Notes: generated from the letters alone by a model not told the origin. DNA of 63,965 bases, filler included, from Octopus bimaculoides (GCF_001194135.2; 11 parts of 9 records of this genome joined end to end with filler, not necessarily neighbours in it), one strand, 5' to 3'; shown: positions 37,954-50,249, counted from the first letter of the whole stretch. Numbers and translations are program-made.

Positions 37954-39020
37954 TTGCTTGATGTAAAACACCTTATACTACTAGAAGCAAATTCGAAACG
38001 AGAATTTCAAGCGGAAACCTTTCTGCGGNNNNNNNNNNNNNNNNNNNNNNNNNNNNNNNNNNNNNNNNNNNNNNNNNNNNNNNNNNNNNNNNNNNNNNNN
38101 NNNNNNNNNNNNNNNNNNNNNNNNNNNNNNNNNNNNNNNNNNNNNNNNNNNNNNNNNNNNNNNNNNNNNNNNNNNNNNNNNNNNNNNNNNNNNNNNNNNN
38201 NNNNNNNNNNNNNNNNNNNNNNNNNNNNNNNNNNNNNNNNNNNNNNNNNNNNNNNNNNNNNNNNNNNNNNNNNNNNNNNNNNNNNNNNNNNNNNNNNNNN
38301 NNNNNNNNNNNNNNNNNNNNNNNNNNNNNNNNNNNNNNNNNNNNNNNNNNNNNNNNNNNNNNNNNNNNNNNNNNNNNNNNNNNNNNNNNNNNNNNNNNNN
38401 NNNNNNNNNNNNNNNNNNNNNNNNNNNNNNNNNNNNNNNNNNNNNNNNNNNNNNNNNNNNNNNNNNNNNNNNNNNNNNNNNNNNNNNNNNNNNNNNNNNN
38501 NNNNNNNNNNNNNNNNNNNNNNNNNNNNNNNNNNNNNNNNNNNNNNNNNNNNNNNNNNNNNNNNNNNNNNNNNNNNNNNNNNNNNNNNNNNNNNNNNNNN
38601 NNNNNNNNNNNNNNNNNNNNNNNNNNNNNNNNNNNNNNNNNNNNNNNNNNNNNNNNNNNNNNNNNNNNNNNNNNNNNNNNNNNNNNNNNNNNNNNNNNNN
38701 NNNNNNNNNNNNNNNNNNNNNNNNNNNNNNNNNNNNNNNNNNNNNNNNNNNNNNNNNNNNNNNNNNNNNNNNNNNNNNNNNNNNNNNNNNNNNNNNNNNN
38801 NNNNNNNNNNNNNNNNNNNNNNNNNNNNNNNNNNNNNNNNNNNNATATATATATATATATATATATACTTACGTATAAGGGACCAAAGTGTACGTACGCC
38901 GCTATATTTTATATATAAAAAATACAAAAATGGGACAAGAACGCAAAACATCCAGACAGACGATACAAGGAAAACAAGGACAGGTCATTTGGAGTTTTCT
39001 ATCCTCAGTCGTGATATATT

Positions 39021-39063
<43 letters not shown>

Positions 39064-39073
39064 NNNNNNNNNN

Positions 39074-39110
<37 letters not shown>

Positions 39111-39625
39111 GGAGAGATAGAGAAAGAAAGAGAGAGAGAGAGAGATCACTCGTATGATTTATGTCGCTGTATATTTGTATATTTTATGTCACGCAAAGGG
39201 AAAAGAACAGATTTACCTAATTTGCAGTTATTTCTGAATGTACTTTTGTACATTAGCATAGTTGCCAAATGTAACATACATAGTTTTAGAGGATGGAACT
39301 TGATAATACTGAGCAAATTGACTATGTTTGTATGTAAATATTGCTGAAGTAGCTGAAGCCATCAAATCGTCAGTAGCTCGCAATATGCACTTAGACTTCG
39401 TGTGGCCCATCCGATATTTATTACGAATAAACATAGTTTTTTCTAATTTCACTTTAGTATAATTTTCAATACATTTATTATTCAATATTAATGACAGTGT
39501 GGTAACACTACTATGCATACATATATACATACAAACATTCATACATTCCTACAAGCTTGCACACGTGTGTATATGCATGTGTGGCCTATGAGTGTGTATC
39601 TGCATATATGTGTGTATAAGTATGA

Positions 39626-39669
<44 letters not shown>

Positions 39670-39820
39670 NNNNNNNNNNNNNNNNNNNNNNNNNNNNNNN
39701 NNNNNNNNNNNNNTTAATTAATTAANNNNNNNNNNNNNNNNNNNNNNNNNNNNNNNNNNNNNNNNNNNNTATATCTGTGTGTGAGTATGTGTGCGTGCAT
39801 GTATGTAAGTATGTATGTAT

Positions 39821-39858
<38 letters not shown>

Positions 39859-40150
39859 GCACCAATATTTAGGGAATGGAGTTGGTAACATCTAGGCTAC
39901 ACATGTTTCCTGGTTAGCAGAACTTCCGAAGTAGTAAATGCTTAGAGAGGTGTATTCCACTAGCTACTCATCAGGTCAAAGATGACTTAGTCAAATGAAG
40001 ATTACATTGTCGAAGTTTACTAACTTCCTACAACTTGATCCTTCGCTCTTACCTTTACATATAGCAAAAAAATTAAAAAATTCATTTTGCTACCAGTGGT
40101 CTAGCGAGAAGAAAACTAGTTAATAGACTATATATTTTTCATATAAATAC

Positions 40151-40313
40151 ATATAGTGTACATTTAAACACATAAGAGATGTCCATAATAGGATATCTAA
40201 CCCGCTAGAATTTCATAAATATCCCTAATGGTGGTTTGGAGTTTGACTTCTCCTTCTAGCGAGTTAGATGTCCTATTATGGACATCTCTTATGTGTTTAA
40301 ATGTACACTGTAT
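40151..40313. repeat. Inverted repeat, 60-bp arms (40151-40210, 40254-40313), 43-bp spacer
   Basis: agtgtacatttaaacacataagagatgtccataataggatatctaacccgctagaa vs ttctagcgagttagatgtcctattatggacatctcttatgtgtttaaatgtacact. Confidence 0.9.
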
Positions 40314-41711
40314 ATATATATGTATATATATATACATATATGTATATGTGTGTGTGTGCGTGCGTGTACTTGTGTGTGTGTGTGTGTCTGCGTGTGTGCA
40401 TGTGTGCATATATATATATATATATATATANNNNNNNNNNNNNNNNNNNNNNNNNNNNNNNNNNNNNNNNNNNNNNNNNNNNNNNNNNNNNNNNNNNNNN
40501 NNNNNNNACATACATACATAAATATATATATATATATATATATACATATATACTATTTGTTCAATAAAATCAACTTAAATTTTGCAAACTGTAAAAGATT
40601 GTCTTTGCTGATAAAACAACTTTAATTGATTAACACTTGGAAAGGCAAATCACAGGTTTTAGAATTACTTGTGGCGAGATGGGACAATAATTAGAAACCA
40701 AAGTAATGTTTAGTAAGAAAGGTGAAACCGCAATCAAATTGTAGTATCTTCGGAGCTCCATTTTCAGTTGTCACAGATGTTTGTTTATCTTGGATATGAC
40801 TTGGCACTCGATTGAAATGATTTTAGATAAAGTTGACATTTAGCTTGGACAACAGTAGAAGAAGCAGGCTGCAAACTTTAATTGATTTGAAAATATTCGT
40901 TACGAATAGAATTAATAAGTACGATTTTAAAGTTTGTAATAAAGCAAAAACGTACTGTGGTGGCGACGGTGAGACAATAGCAGAACTTATATCCTATAGG
41001 AGAGAGAGCTGGACAATAACAGAAATACTAATAAAAAAGATGTCTGGACAACATTGCCATTGAAAATTACACATAGAAAATTATACACTCAACCAAAGAC
41101 ATATATACAGTCAACAACAACAATATACCTACACACACACATGCACAAACACACACACGTTTACATAGACAGACAACGGGAAGAAATGTCAACTATGCGA
41201 TCGATAATGAACGAGCAGGACAAGAGTGGTGCTGATAAAATTGTTAAAAGATAGTCCGAGGTGTTGCATAACAGAATTGATAGAGTATTGGAAGACAGCT
41301 CTGATCTCAAATGTCCTAGGTTCAAATCCTACCGAGGTTGATAATATAAACCAAGCAAGAAATTGTCAGGCGATTATTTAAGGAGTAAAACTGATCATGT
41401 TCTTCTCCATAATTTAGAATTCTTGAGTGAAAGTTAGTAATCAGTATTATGACATTGGAGTCAGACATATTCTTTAGTGCATTTAGTTACGTTCCTTTAT
41501 GTTCTTAGTTTAAATCAGGCCAAGGAGAACTTTATCAAGTTTCACCTTCAATAGGCGGTGGATGGACTCTATGAAACGAAATGCCGTCCAAAGTACTGGG
41601 GCGAGCATTTTGCTTTAAAAATCTTCATTGATCTCTTCATATCACTGTCTAGCACAAAGCTGTTGAACTTGATCAAGTGTCACAACTACAGGAAATTTGA
41701 AAGAATGATAC

Positions 41712-42143
41712 AGGCGCAAGAGTGGCTTTGTGGTAAGTAACTTGTTTTCCAACCACATGGTTCCGGGTTCAGTCCCACTGCTTGGCGTCTTGGGCAAGTA
41801 TCTTCTAGTGTAGCCTCGGGTCGACCAAACTCTTGTGAGTGGATATGGTTGACGGAAACTGAAAGAAGCCTGTCGTATATATATATATATATGTGTGTGC
41901 TTGTCTGTATGTGTGTGTGTGTGTTTGTGTGTATGTGTGTGTGTGTTTGTGTGTATGTCTGTGTGTGTTTGTTTCCCCAACATCGCTTGACAATCGAGGC
42001 TGGTGTGTTTCCGAACCCGTAAGCTTACGCTTCGACAAAAGAGAGCCGATAGTATAAGTACTAGGCTTACAAAGAATTCCTAGGGTCGATTTGCTCGACT
42101 AAAGGTGGTGCCCCAGCATACCCGCAGTCAAATGACTGAAACA
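41712..42143 (+). mobile_element. Composite SINE A+B
   Basis: Head aggcgcaagagtggctttgtggtaag, (TA)n(TG)n 41875-41970, B module. Confidence 0.85.
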
Positions 42144-42835
42144 TTTCTATATTTGTGTGTGTGTGATTGTATGTGGGCTTATGTATATATATNNNNNNNN
42201 NNNNNNNNNNNNNNNNNNNNNNNNNNNNNNNNNNNNTTAATTAATTAANNNNNNNNNNNNNNNNNNNNNNNNNNNNNNNNNNNNNNNNNNNNATCAATTT
42301 AAAACAAAATAACTTCCATTTGAAAACTCAGCATGAAGTGAAAATTGATGAGGTGCTAGCATGCATGTCTCTGTGGAGTTTTTTTTTTGTCTGTCTGTCT
42401 GTCACTTTTTTTTAATGATGCGTTGACAAAAGGAATTCTGCACATCACCTGGTGAAGGTCATCTATAGAAGACTGTATTAAGTGGGGTTGTGGAGGGATC
42501 CATTGCTAATCTTCTCTTGAATTTAATTCTTTCTAATATAGAAGCGCAGGGTCTGAAATGTTGGATGAATGGGCGAATCGATTACACCGATCTAAGCGCT
42601 CAACTGGTTCTTATTGTATCGACTTCAGTGGTATTTGAACTCAGAACGTTGTTGGCACTCCGTCGCTTACGACGTCGAAGGTTCCAGTTGATCCGNNNNN
42701 NNNNNNNNNNNNNNNNNNNNNNNNNNNNNNNNNNNNNNNNNNNNNNNNNNNNNNNNNNNNNNNNNNNNNNNNNNNNNNNNNNNNNNNNNNNNNNNACGAT
42801 TCTGCCACCTCGACGCATTAAAGACGGACAAAATA

Positions 42836-42990
42836 GTGATTTCAAATTTTGGCACAAGGCCAGCAAGTTCAGAGAGGGGGCTAGTCGATTACATCGACCC
42901 CAGCGAATAACTGGTACTTATTTCATCTACCGCGAAAGGATGAAAGGTAAAGTCGACCCCGGCGACATTTGAACTCAGAACGCAGACGAC
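42836..42990 (-). mobile_element. SINE type C
   Basis: Reverse complement of the type C body and tail. Confidence 0.7.
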
Positions 42991-43847
42991 GGACAAAATA
43001 TTGGTGAGAAAATTACTTCCTTTCCTACGCTTCTATTTCTGTCTCTCTATTTCTCTTTCTCTTTTAATTTATATCTCACTCTTTCTCTTTCATTTTCTCA
43101 CATTCTATCTCTTATTCTCGCTCTTTCTCATACGTCAACTCTCACTATCCCTTTTCATGATTCCCCTTCAGGATATTTTGTGTATTTTTTTTTCTTGTGG
43201 GAGCATTTCCTCAGCAATTTCCCCCCTAATTAATTACTTCTAAGACAACAACCATTTATTTTTCTACACACGATCGCTACATGTCATTACAAGCACTTGT
43301 ACACACACACAAACACACGCACACACACACACGCACACACACACACACACACACACGCATGCATTTCTACAAACACGCACGCACATGAGAACCACACAGA
43401 TGCAGAGACACATCCACGGATGAATACACACATACACTCGCATACACGGACATATACTCAAAGAGACTAACATACACATATTCATCTATAAACGTACGCA
43501 TTTATACACGGACGAATAAATGTAGATGGACACACACTCACAAACACGCACAAATACGTACTCACATACATGTACACACACTTACACACGCTTGTCCTTC
43601 ATACACAAGACTTAAGTATCGTCAGCACAATATCCTAACCATTAGGCCATGCGCTTATAAGCTACGGAAAAAAAAGAACTGCTTCACTACCCACCTGTGA
43701 GAGAATGTCCTTTAGATATCTTCCCGTAAAGCGTAACATGGCTGCTGGAGTAATCTGGAATTGAGTGATGAAGAAAATTAGCTAATAAATATGAACGCAT
43801 TGATGAGTGTAGGTCTAAGTATGTGTTATGCGTGCGTGTGTGTGTGT

Positions 43848-44164
43848 GGTGTGGCTTAGTGGTTAGAGTGTTCGGTTTACGATCATAAAGTCGTGCGTTC
43901 GATTCCCGGTGGTGCGTTGTGTCCTTGACAAGACACTTTATTTGACACTGCCTCATTCCACTCAGCTGGCAAAGATGGGTAGTACCTGTAATTCAAAGGG
44001 ACCATCTTTCTTATATTCTGACTAACGTTGAATCTCTCTGAGGACTACGTTAAGGGTACGTGGGTCTGTGGATTGCTCAGCTACTCGTGTGTTAATTTCA
44101 CGAGCACGCTGTTCTGTTGATCGAATCAACTGGGGTATTCGTCGTCGCAACCGACGGAGTGCCA
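43848..44164 (+). mobile_element. SINE type D
   Basis: gtggcttagtggttagagtg...gttcgattcc...cgcaaccgacggagtgcca; homologous to 2114-2499. Confidence 0.8.
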
Positions 44165-45279
44165 GTGTGTGTGTGCACGCGTGTAAAGAAACGTAACTAT
44201 ATTGTATTCATAATCTTTTCCGTTGCTCAACCCTGCCAACCAATCCACCGTTCTTGGGGATGATTAGGTTAATAAAATACTGCCAATGTAAGTTAAGCTT
44301 TGTGGTGGATATTTCATCAGATTAGTATATTTATACTCGTCGTTATTGTTGTTTGGTTCCCGTTCTCAGCTGTGACCATCCCGATACGTCAGACATAAAC
44401 ATAGACAAACCGCTAGTTTGTAATATTTAGTTAAGTCCTTTAGCGCTCTGAGTTTCAAATCCAGCCAAATTGGAGTTATGTATTTATCTTTTTAAGACTA
44501 ATCGATTCTAACCGCTATACGTCCTTCCTTCTCCCAAAACATTGGCATTATGCCACGTCCAAAGACATTTATCCCACGGTGCAGTGAAGCAATTTTATTT
44601 GTTCTTCAACGATGATCTTTCATCATATCTAAAACGCCATGCCTTCCAGGCAAATCACTACGAGAGATACTTTTCGATCGAAGAAGCTAAAGGCGGATTT
44701 TGTCCGCAGGCTGTACAAAAGCAAACTTCATCCATACAAACATATCCGGATATTTCAGAAACAGTTACTGTCTCGGTTTACTTAATTTCGCCATTCTCGC
44801 TCAGCAAGACATTTTGACGCCCGTCAACTGTACAACGACAAAAGGCCTGGAGGGACGAACGAATTCGCGTCTCAACATATTAAGGACGACATATACACAG
44901 CAATGGCTATTTGTACATTTACAGATGTAATTTTAAGTGCATTTTAGAGAGTAATGTTGGCAACGATACAAAAAAACATGTATTAACTCTGGAAGCAATC
45001 ATTGTTACAGTAGGAACTGATATTTTCTTGTGTGACACTATTTAGTTCAGTAGCAAAGAACCTTGACGCTGCGGCCATTTCAACCTGCTGAAAACAAATG
45101 CAAAATCTCCCTCAAATAACATCCACCCGTTTATGCAAATGATAGCAAACAAATAAATAAAAAAAAGATAAAAAATGGNNNNNNNNNNNNNNNNNNNNNN
45201 NNNNNNNNNNNNNNNNNNNNNNTTAATTAATTAANNNNNNNNNNNNNNNNNNNNNNNNNNNNNNNNNNNNNNNNNNNNG

Positions 45280-45317
<38 letters not shown>

Positions 45318-45469
45318 TCATGAGCGATAGTGGTGTCAATTAAACCCAGAAGTTTCAGGTAATGCTGAATAAGTGCTATGGGTAGACCATAGTTAAACTC
45401 CAGGTTCGGTGGTTATGCGAATAAGGGGTCCAACGTAGGTCATGTATCTGCGTGTGAATATAAGGATTT

Positions 45470-45920
45470 ACTTTTCGTAATGAGATAAAAGACCAAGGCT
45501 GTATATAATATAAAACATTTATAAATAGACTGTCTTACAGCTGTTTCCAGGATATTTATTATATCCCTTCATCGGAGACGGTGTGAGAGGATGATTAAGT
45601 AATAGTTAGTTTAGTTAAGATAAGAAATAGAGAGTGAATGTAGGGATATTGTATTTGTAAATCCATTGTTTAGGCAGAATGGTATACATATAAGATTCCA
45701 ATACTTTATGAGTAAAATCCAATTGTTTTTAATATTGGTCGTTGGATTTACAAATGCAATGACCAGTCTTGAAAACAATTGGATTTTACTCACAAGGTAT
45801 TGGAATCTTATATGTATACCATTCTGCCTAAACAATGGATTTACATATACAATATCCCTACATTCACTCTCTATTTCCTATCTTAACTAAACTAACTATT
45901 GCTTAATCATCCTTTCACAC
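45470..45920. repeat. Family E element (minus) ending in a ~340-bp near-perfect palindrome, 45581-45920, centre 45750/45751
   Basis: Mirror ORFs 45611-45835(-) and 45666-45890(+) are almost identical; 45470-45727 is the reverse complement of 63645-63945. Confidence 0.9.
45529..45579 (-). ncRNA. Hammerhead-like motif of family E (U4 is C in this copy)
   Basis: Minus: gtct CCGATGA a gggatat aataa atatcct g GAAAC agct GTA agacagt. Confidence 0.55.
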
Positions 45921-45934
45921 CCTCTCACACGTGT

Positions 45935-45965
<31 letters not shown>

Positions 45966-46072
45966 ATAAAAAATTGATTCAAACTTGGTTAAGATTTTAA
46001 TACAAGTAATTAGAATAGAGTTTTTTTTAATTACGAAAACTTAGATGACAATTTTTAACGCTTATTTTATAG

Positions 46073-46193
46073 GCACACAACAACCTTTTAGATCTTATGA
46101 TAAAGGCTCAGCTGAAGGGGCACGAGAAACTGGAACCAGAGGAAGAAAAAGAACTCCATTTGGAAAATATAACTGACTGGAGAACTAAAAGAG
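46073..46193 (+). CDS. Cytochrome P450 (clan 3, CYP3A-like) internal exon, H helix and H-I loop: AHNNLLDLMIKAQLKGHEKLEPEEEKELHLENITDWRTKR-G
   Basis: Acceptor cttattttatAG at 46071-72, donor GT at 46194. Open 121 nt, phase 0 to phase 1. LLDLMIKAQ resembles the CYP3 DFLQLMIDSQ motif; the terminal G joins GA of the next exon to give Gly in frame. Confidence 0.85.
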
Positions 46194-46749
46194 GTTTGTG
46201 TGTGTTCACTGTCATCTTGTGCACATCAGCTCAAAGAGAATCTATTTACCATCTTTGTTCCAGCTGCATCTTTAGGACATGATTTTTATGCCGGACATAT
46301 ACACCTACATAGATATACAAACGCATGCGCGCACACATACATGCACACACGAACGCATATAGTATAATTTAATACAATCTCCAGGATATACTATGAATCG
46401 TTTCGTGATATTAAGACGCCATAGTTGCATGATACGCTCTTCATATGTATGCTCCGTCTACAACCACTTTCAGTTGGGTAGTTACTTGCGTTCAATCTAA
46501 TTTTATTGATGAATTACATGCATCAAAAGTGAAACATTAAATATGGCGTAGCATCGTGAAACTATCTGTTGTGTATCTTAGAGATTTTAGCATGTTTTAT
46601 ACTCGACAATAAACCTTACCATACTCGCATTGAATGATCTGGTCTCATATATTGCAATTGACCTCATGTTTAACATGCGCGCGCGAACACACACTTATAT
46701 AATGGATAGATAGATAGATAGATAGACAGGTCTATATTTTGCAGCCGAT

Positions 46750-46872
46750 AGGCCTGGAAACACATGAAACGTAGTGTTTTGTGCAAGAAAACAATGTACC
46801 ATCCGGTTTGGGAATCGAAACCACGATCTTAGGATCGTGAGTGTAACGCCATAACCACTTTGTATAAGCACC
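46750..46872 (-). mobile_element. SINE type D-like head fragment inside the P450 intron
   Basis: gggaatcgaaaccacgatcttaggatcgtgagt matches the reverse complement of the D head. Confidence 0.55.
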
Positions 46873-47144
46873 ATGGGATTTTAGACAGGTTAAATTATAA
46901 CTATTGGATGTCATGCCATATTTCCTATTACCCGCTGTGGCAGAAGTACACTTCCAGAGTTACCCGTCAATTGACGTCATATGACGTCATCGGAATTAAT
47001 AAAATCATAACGTTCATCCCAGAACATAAGACACATATCTTTTATCTTCTTTAATTTTATCTTTTACCGGATTCAGCCAGAAGCTGTGGCCAGGCCTGGG
47101 TCCTGTCTTCTGGTGTGATTGGTCTCCTTCCCTGTATCATTTCT

Positions 47145-47467
47145 GTGAAGGTGCGTGGCTTAGTGGTTAGGGTATTCGGCTCACGATCCTAAGACGGTGA
47201 ATTCGATTCCTAAGCAAGACACTTTATTGTCCTTGAGCAAGACGCTTTATTTGTTGCAGTCCACTCAGCTGGCAAAATTGGGTTATACATGTATTTGAAA
47301 GGGCCAGCTATGTAGTATTTTGTGTTATGCTGAATCTCCTTGAGAATTACGTTAAGGGTACGCGTATCGGTGGAGTGCTCAGCCACTTGCACGTTAATTC
47401 CACAAGCAGGCTGTTCGGTTGATCGGATCAACTTGAACCCTCGTCGTCGTAACAGACGGAGTGCCAG
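47145..47467 (+). mobile_element. SINE type D inside the P450 intron
   Basis: gtgaaggtgcgtggcttagtggttaggg...gaattcgattcc...cagacggagtgcca. Confidence 0.8.
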
Positions 47468-47671
47468 ATTTTCTTTTGTCTGCTATTCATTGTTGATTTT
47501 TTTCTATTGTTTCTGGTGAAGTAGCAAGTTGGACGGAACCGGTCTTCTTTGTGTTTCCTGTCACGATGTGAGGTCATCCGGCATCTCTGATGAAAATTAG
47601 TCCAAACTTTTTTTTGTTGACCTCTACATGTGTATCTCATAATTTATATTCATTCATCTATTTTTCCATAG

Positions 47672-47829
47672 GAATCACTGATGACGAAATCTTGGCTCAG
47701 TGTGACTTAATTTTACTTGCTGCTTACGAAACTACAGCTTCTACACTCACTTTCTTCGTGTATTTAATGTCAATTCACCCAGAATCACAGCAAAAAGTAT
47801 ACGAAGAGATTGAAGATGTTCTGGGAGAG
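47672..47829 (+). CDS. Cytochrome P450 (clan 3) I-helix exon: (G)ITDDEILAQCDLILLAAYETTASTLTFFVYLMSIHPESQQKVYEEIEDVLGE
   Basis: Acceptor tttttccatAG at 47670-71, donor GTAAGT at 47830. 158 nt, phase 1 to phase 0. Aligns by eye to CYP3A4 [47 protein letters not shown]. Confidence 0.93.
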
Positions 47830-48324
47830 GTAAGTATATTACATATATATAGAAAATTCCTTGGTAATTTTTCTCTTTTGTAATCTTGTTTCTACTGGAA
47901 TATACTTACTCTGTATTTTATTTTTCAACGGTTTCAGTAACTATATTTAACGGGAAGGACCCGTGAATATTTCACAGAATTAATGGTTAACTTATTGGGT
48001 TATTTCTGGAAACTTTATCCAAAAAATCTGAAAGCGAGGCCTGTGTTGTGTCTGTATCAAAAGATTGTCGCTCATCTGCTAATCATTGAAAAGTGAAGGA
48101 AATTGGAACACAATGATTACTTAATGCAATTTACGACATACAATTTATATACTTTATGCGCAATTTTATAGGTTTAATATACAGCACTCTCTCCCTTTTT
48201 CTCTCTCATTCTTCGCCTTACCCCATTTTCTCTCTCCTTTCTCTTTCACTCTTCACCTTTCTCTTCAACTAATCACGTGAAAGCGTTACAGATGGGATAA
48301 GTAACAGGAAAAAATTAGTTCAAG

Positions 48325-48425
48325 AGAATGTTGTTGACAGTGACTTCGAAGTTACCGCCAGCTTAGCCATCATCGGATGATGCCTTAGCTAGCTGAATCT
48401 TCGAAGAGACCGTCAACAACATTCT
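48325..48425. other. ~100-nt imperfect hairpin
   Basis: agaatgttgttgac/gtcaacaacattct 14 bp, cttcgaag/cttcgaag 8 bp, cagct/agctg, catcat/atgatg, loop cgg. Confidence 0.7.
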
Positions 48426-48433
48426 TGTATAAG

Positions 48434-48473
<40 letters not shown>

Positions 48474-48656
48474 GCGCATATAATTACAATATTATATTGT
48501 ATTATATTATATTGTATATCGCAGAACATACCCATACGGAAATAAAGCAACCGGGAAGAATAAATCTTTATTATTCAATTGTTTGTTTTTATTAGATAAA
48601 CGGTACTGAACCTACTTAACGCCTGGGGTACGTTCATGGTACAAATTTAATCTAAT

Positions 48657-48688
<32 letters not shown>

Positions 48689-49463
48689 GTCAAACCTGCT
48701 CGAAAAACACGAGAAGCTGTGATCGCGTAGGGGTGACGCAGCAGATCATGAGAGAGTTTTCGACGTGAGGTTCATACATGATCATAATATTTTAGTCATT
48801 TATTATTATATTTTGTTATTGGATGTCAGTTATTAGCCTCCAGTCAATTTGAGGCGCCGATTTCAAGAATGCAGTTGACCATATTAATGCCACCGTCTCC
48901 AGTACAGATTTCAGTCTCGCACATGGTTTTATCAAGACTAATGAGTAAATTGCTAACTTACAGAATATAAAGCGACTCTACATATGCACTAACAGTATTT
49001 TCAAATCTATGTACACACATTCTCATATATATGCATATATATATATATATATANNNNNNNNNNNNNNNNNNNNNNNNNNNNNNNNNNNNNNNNNNNNTTA
49101 ATTAATTAANNNNNNNNNNNNNNNNNNNNNNNNNNNNNNNNNNNNNNNNNNNNAGAGGAATTCTTTAGGGTTTGAATAATACACATTTGGAAACATTGGT
49201 GTTTTGCTCAACATCCTTAAACAAACCTTATTCAAGGACCTTTTGAGCGGGATGGGCTACTCGACCTGAGGAAAATTCTTACTGGGCCCCACCTGCGAGG
49301 TGATGCGCTGTTTATCTTGATATGAGATTACCATGTCGCGCACATATGGTTGTGATGCATGTGCCTGGTGTACCCTTATCAGACGGGTAGTTATGATGGG
49401 TATACTGGGCTTCGTATATTTTACCCCGATGTCACTTTGATGGCATGCCTTGCTCTCTCACTC

Positions 49464-49526
<63 letters not shown>
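49464..49526. repeat. (AAT)n microsatellite, 5' flank of the Dong-like element
   Basis: Direct reading. Confidence 0.95.
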
Positions 49527-49528
<2 letters not shown>

Positions 49529-50190
49529 ATAGACAACACATGAGAAAGTGATAAATGCAAAATTTGTGGACAAAATGGTGAAACTGTATGGCATATTCCA
49601 GTTCATGTATGCCACTACCCAGAAGGAATATAAGAGACGCCACGACAATATAACAAGGCTTGTTCATTGGACAATTTGTAACAAGTATGGACTTGACAGA
49701 GCAAAAAATTGGTACGATCATAAACACGAAGGCATCATCGAAAATGATAATGCAAAGATCTTGTGGGATTTTATGATTCAGTGTGATAGAGAATAGGAAG
49801 CCAGACATAGTCTTAGTTGAGAAAGAAAGCAAACTATGCTGGATTATAGATATAGCACGCCCAGCTGACAACTAGCTATGCGATAAGGAAAAAAGAAAAA
49901 TCGATAGATATGACAGGTTAGCTTGGGAAGTTAAGTAGTTGTGGTCGATGAAAAAGGTGGTAGTAGTACCAATAATTGTCGGAGCACTGGGAACAGTGAG
50001 TAAATATCTCGAGAAGTACATGGAACAAATACGAGTTGCAATAAGGGTGGAGCCCTTGCAGAAAATAGCACTGATTGGAACTGCTTGAATACTCCGAAAG
50101 GTGCTCGAAAAATAAGGGGTGTTACCTTAGTTCACTGGTAGTGAACAGCTGACACTGTAGTACATCTCCAACGTTAGAAGCTGTGCAAAG
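49527..50190 (+). mobile_element. 5'-truncated Dong/R4-like RLE non-LTR retrotransposon between (AAT)n tracts
   Basis: KEYKRRHDNITRLVHWTIC..NWYDH..ENDNAKILWDFMIQCD, then KPDIVLVEK..IIDIA.P, VVVVPIIVGALGTV, LQKIALIGTA*ILRKVL: restriction-like endonuclease domain. Confidence 0.85.

Positions 50191-50249
<59 letters not shown>
50191..50249. repeat. (AAT)n microsatellite, 3' flank of the Dong-like element
   Basis: Direct reading. Confidence 0.95.

Noticed and set aside
39890-39976. Minus-strand CTGATGA...GAAACATGTGTA motif
   Set aside because: Stems I and II do not pair cleanly; at best a decayed copy.
48595-48650. ag|ATAAACGGTACTGAACCTACTTAA as next P450 exon (EPTY-like)
   Set aside because: Immediate in-frame stop and no ExxR motif downstream.
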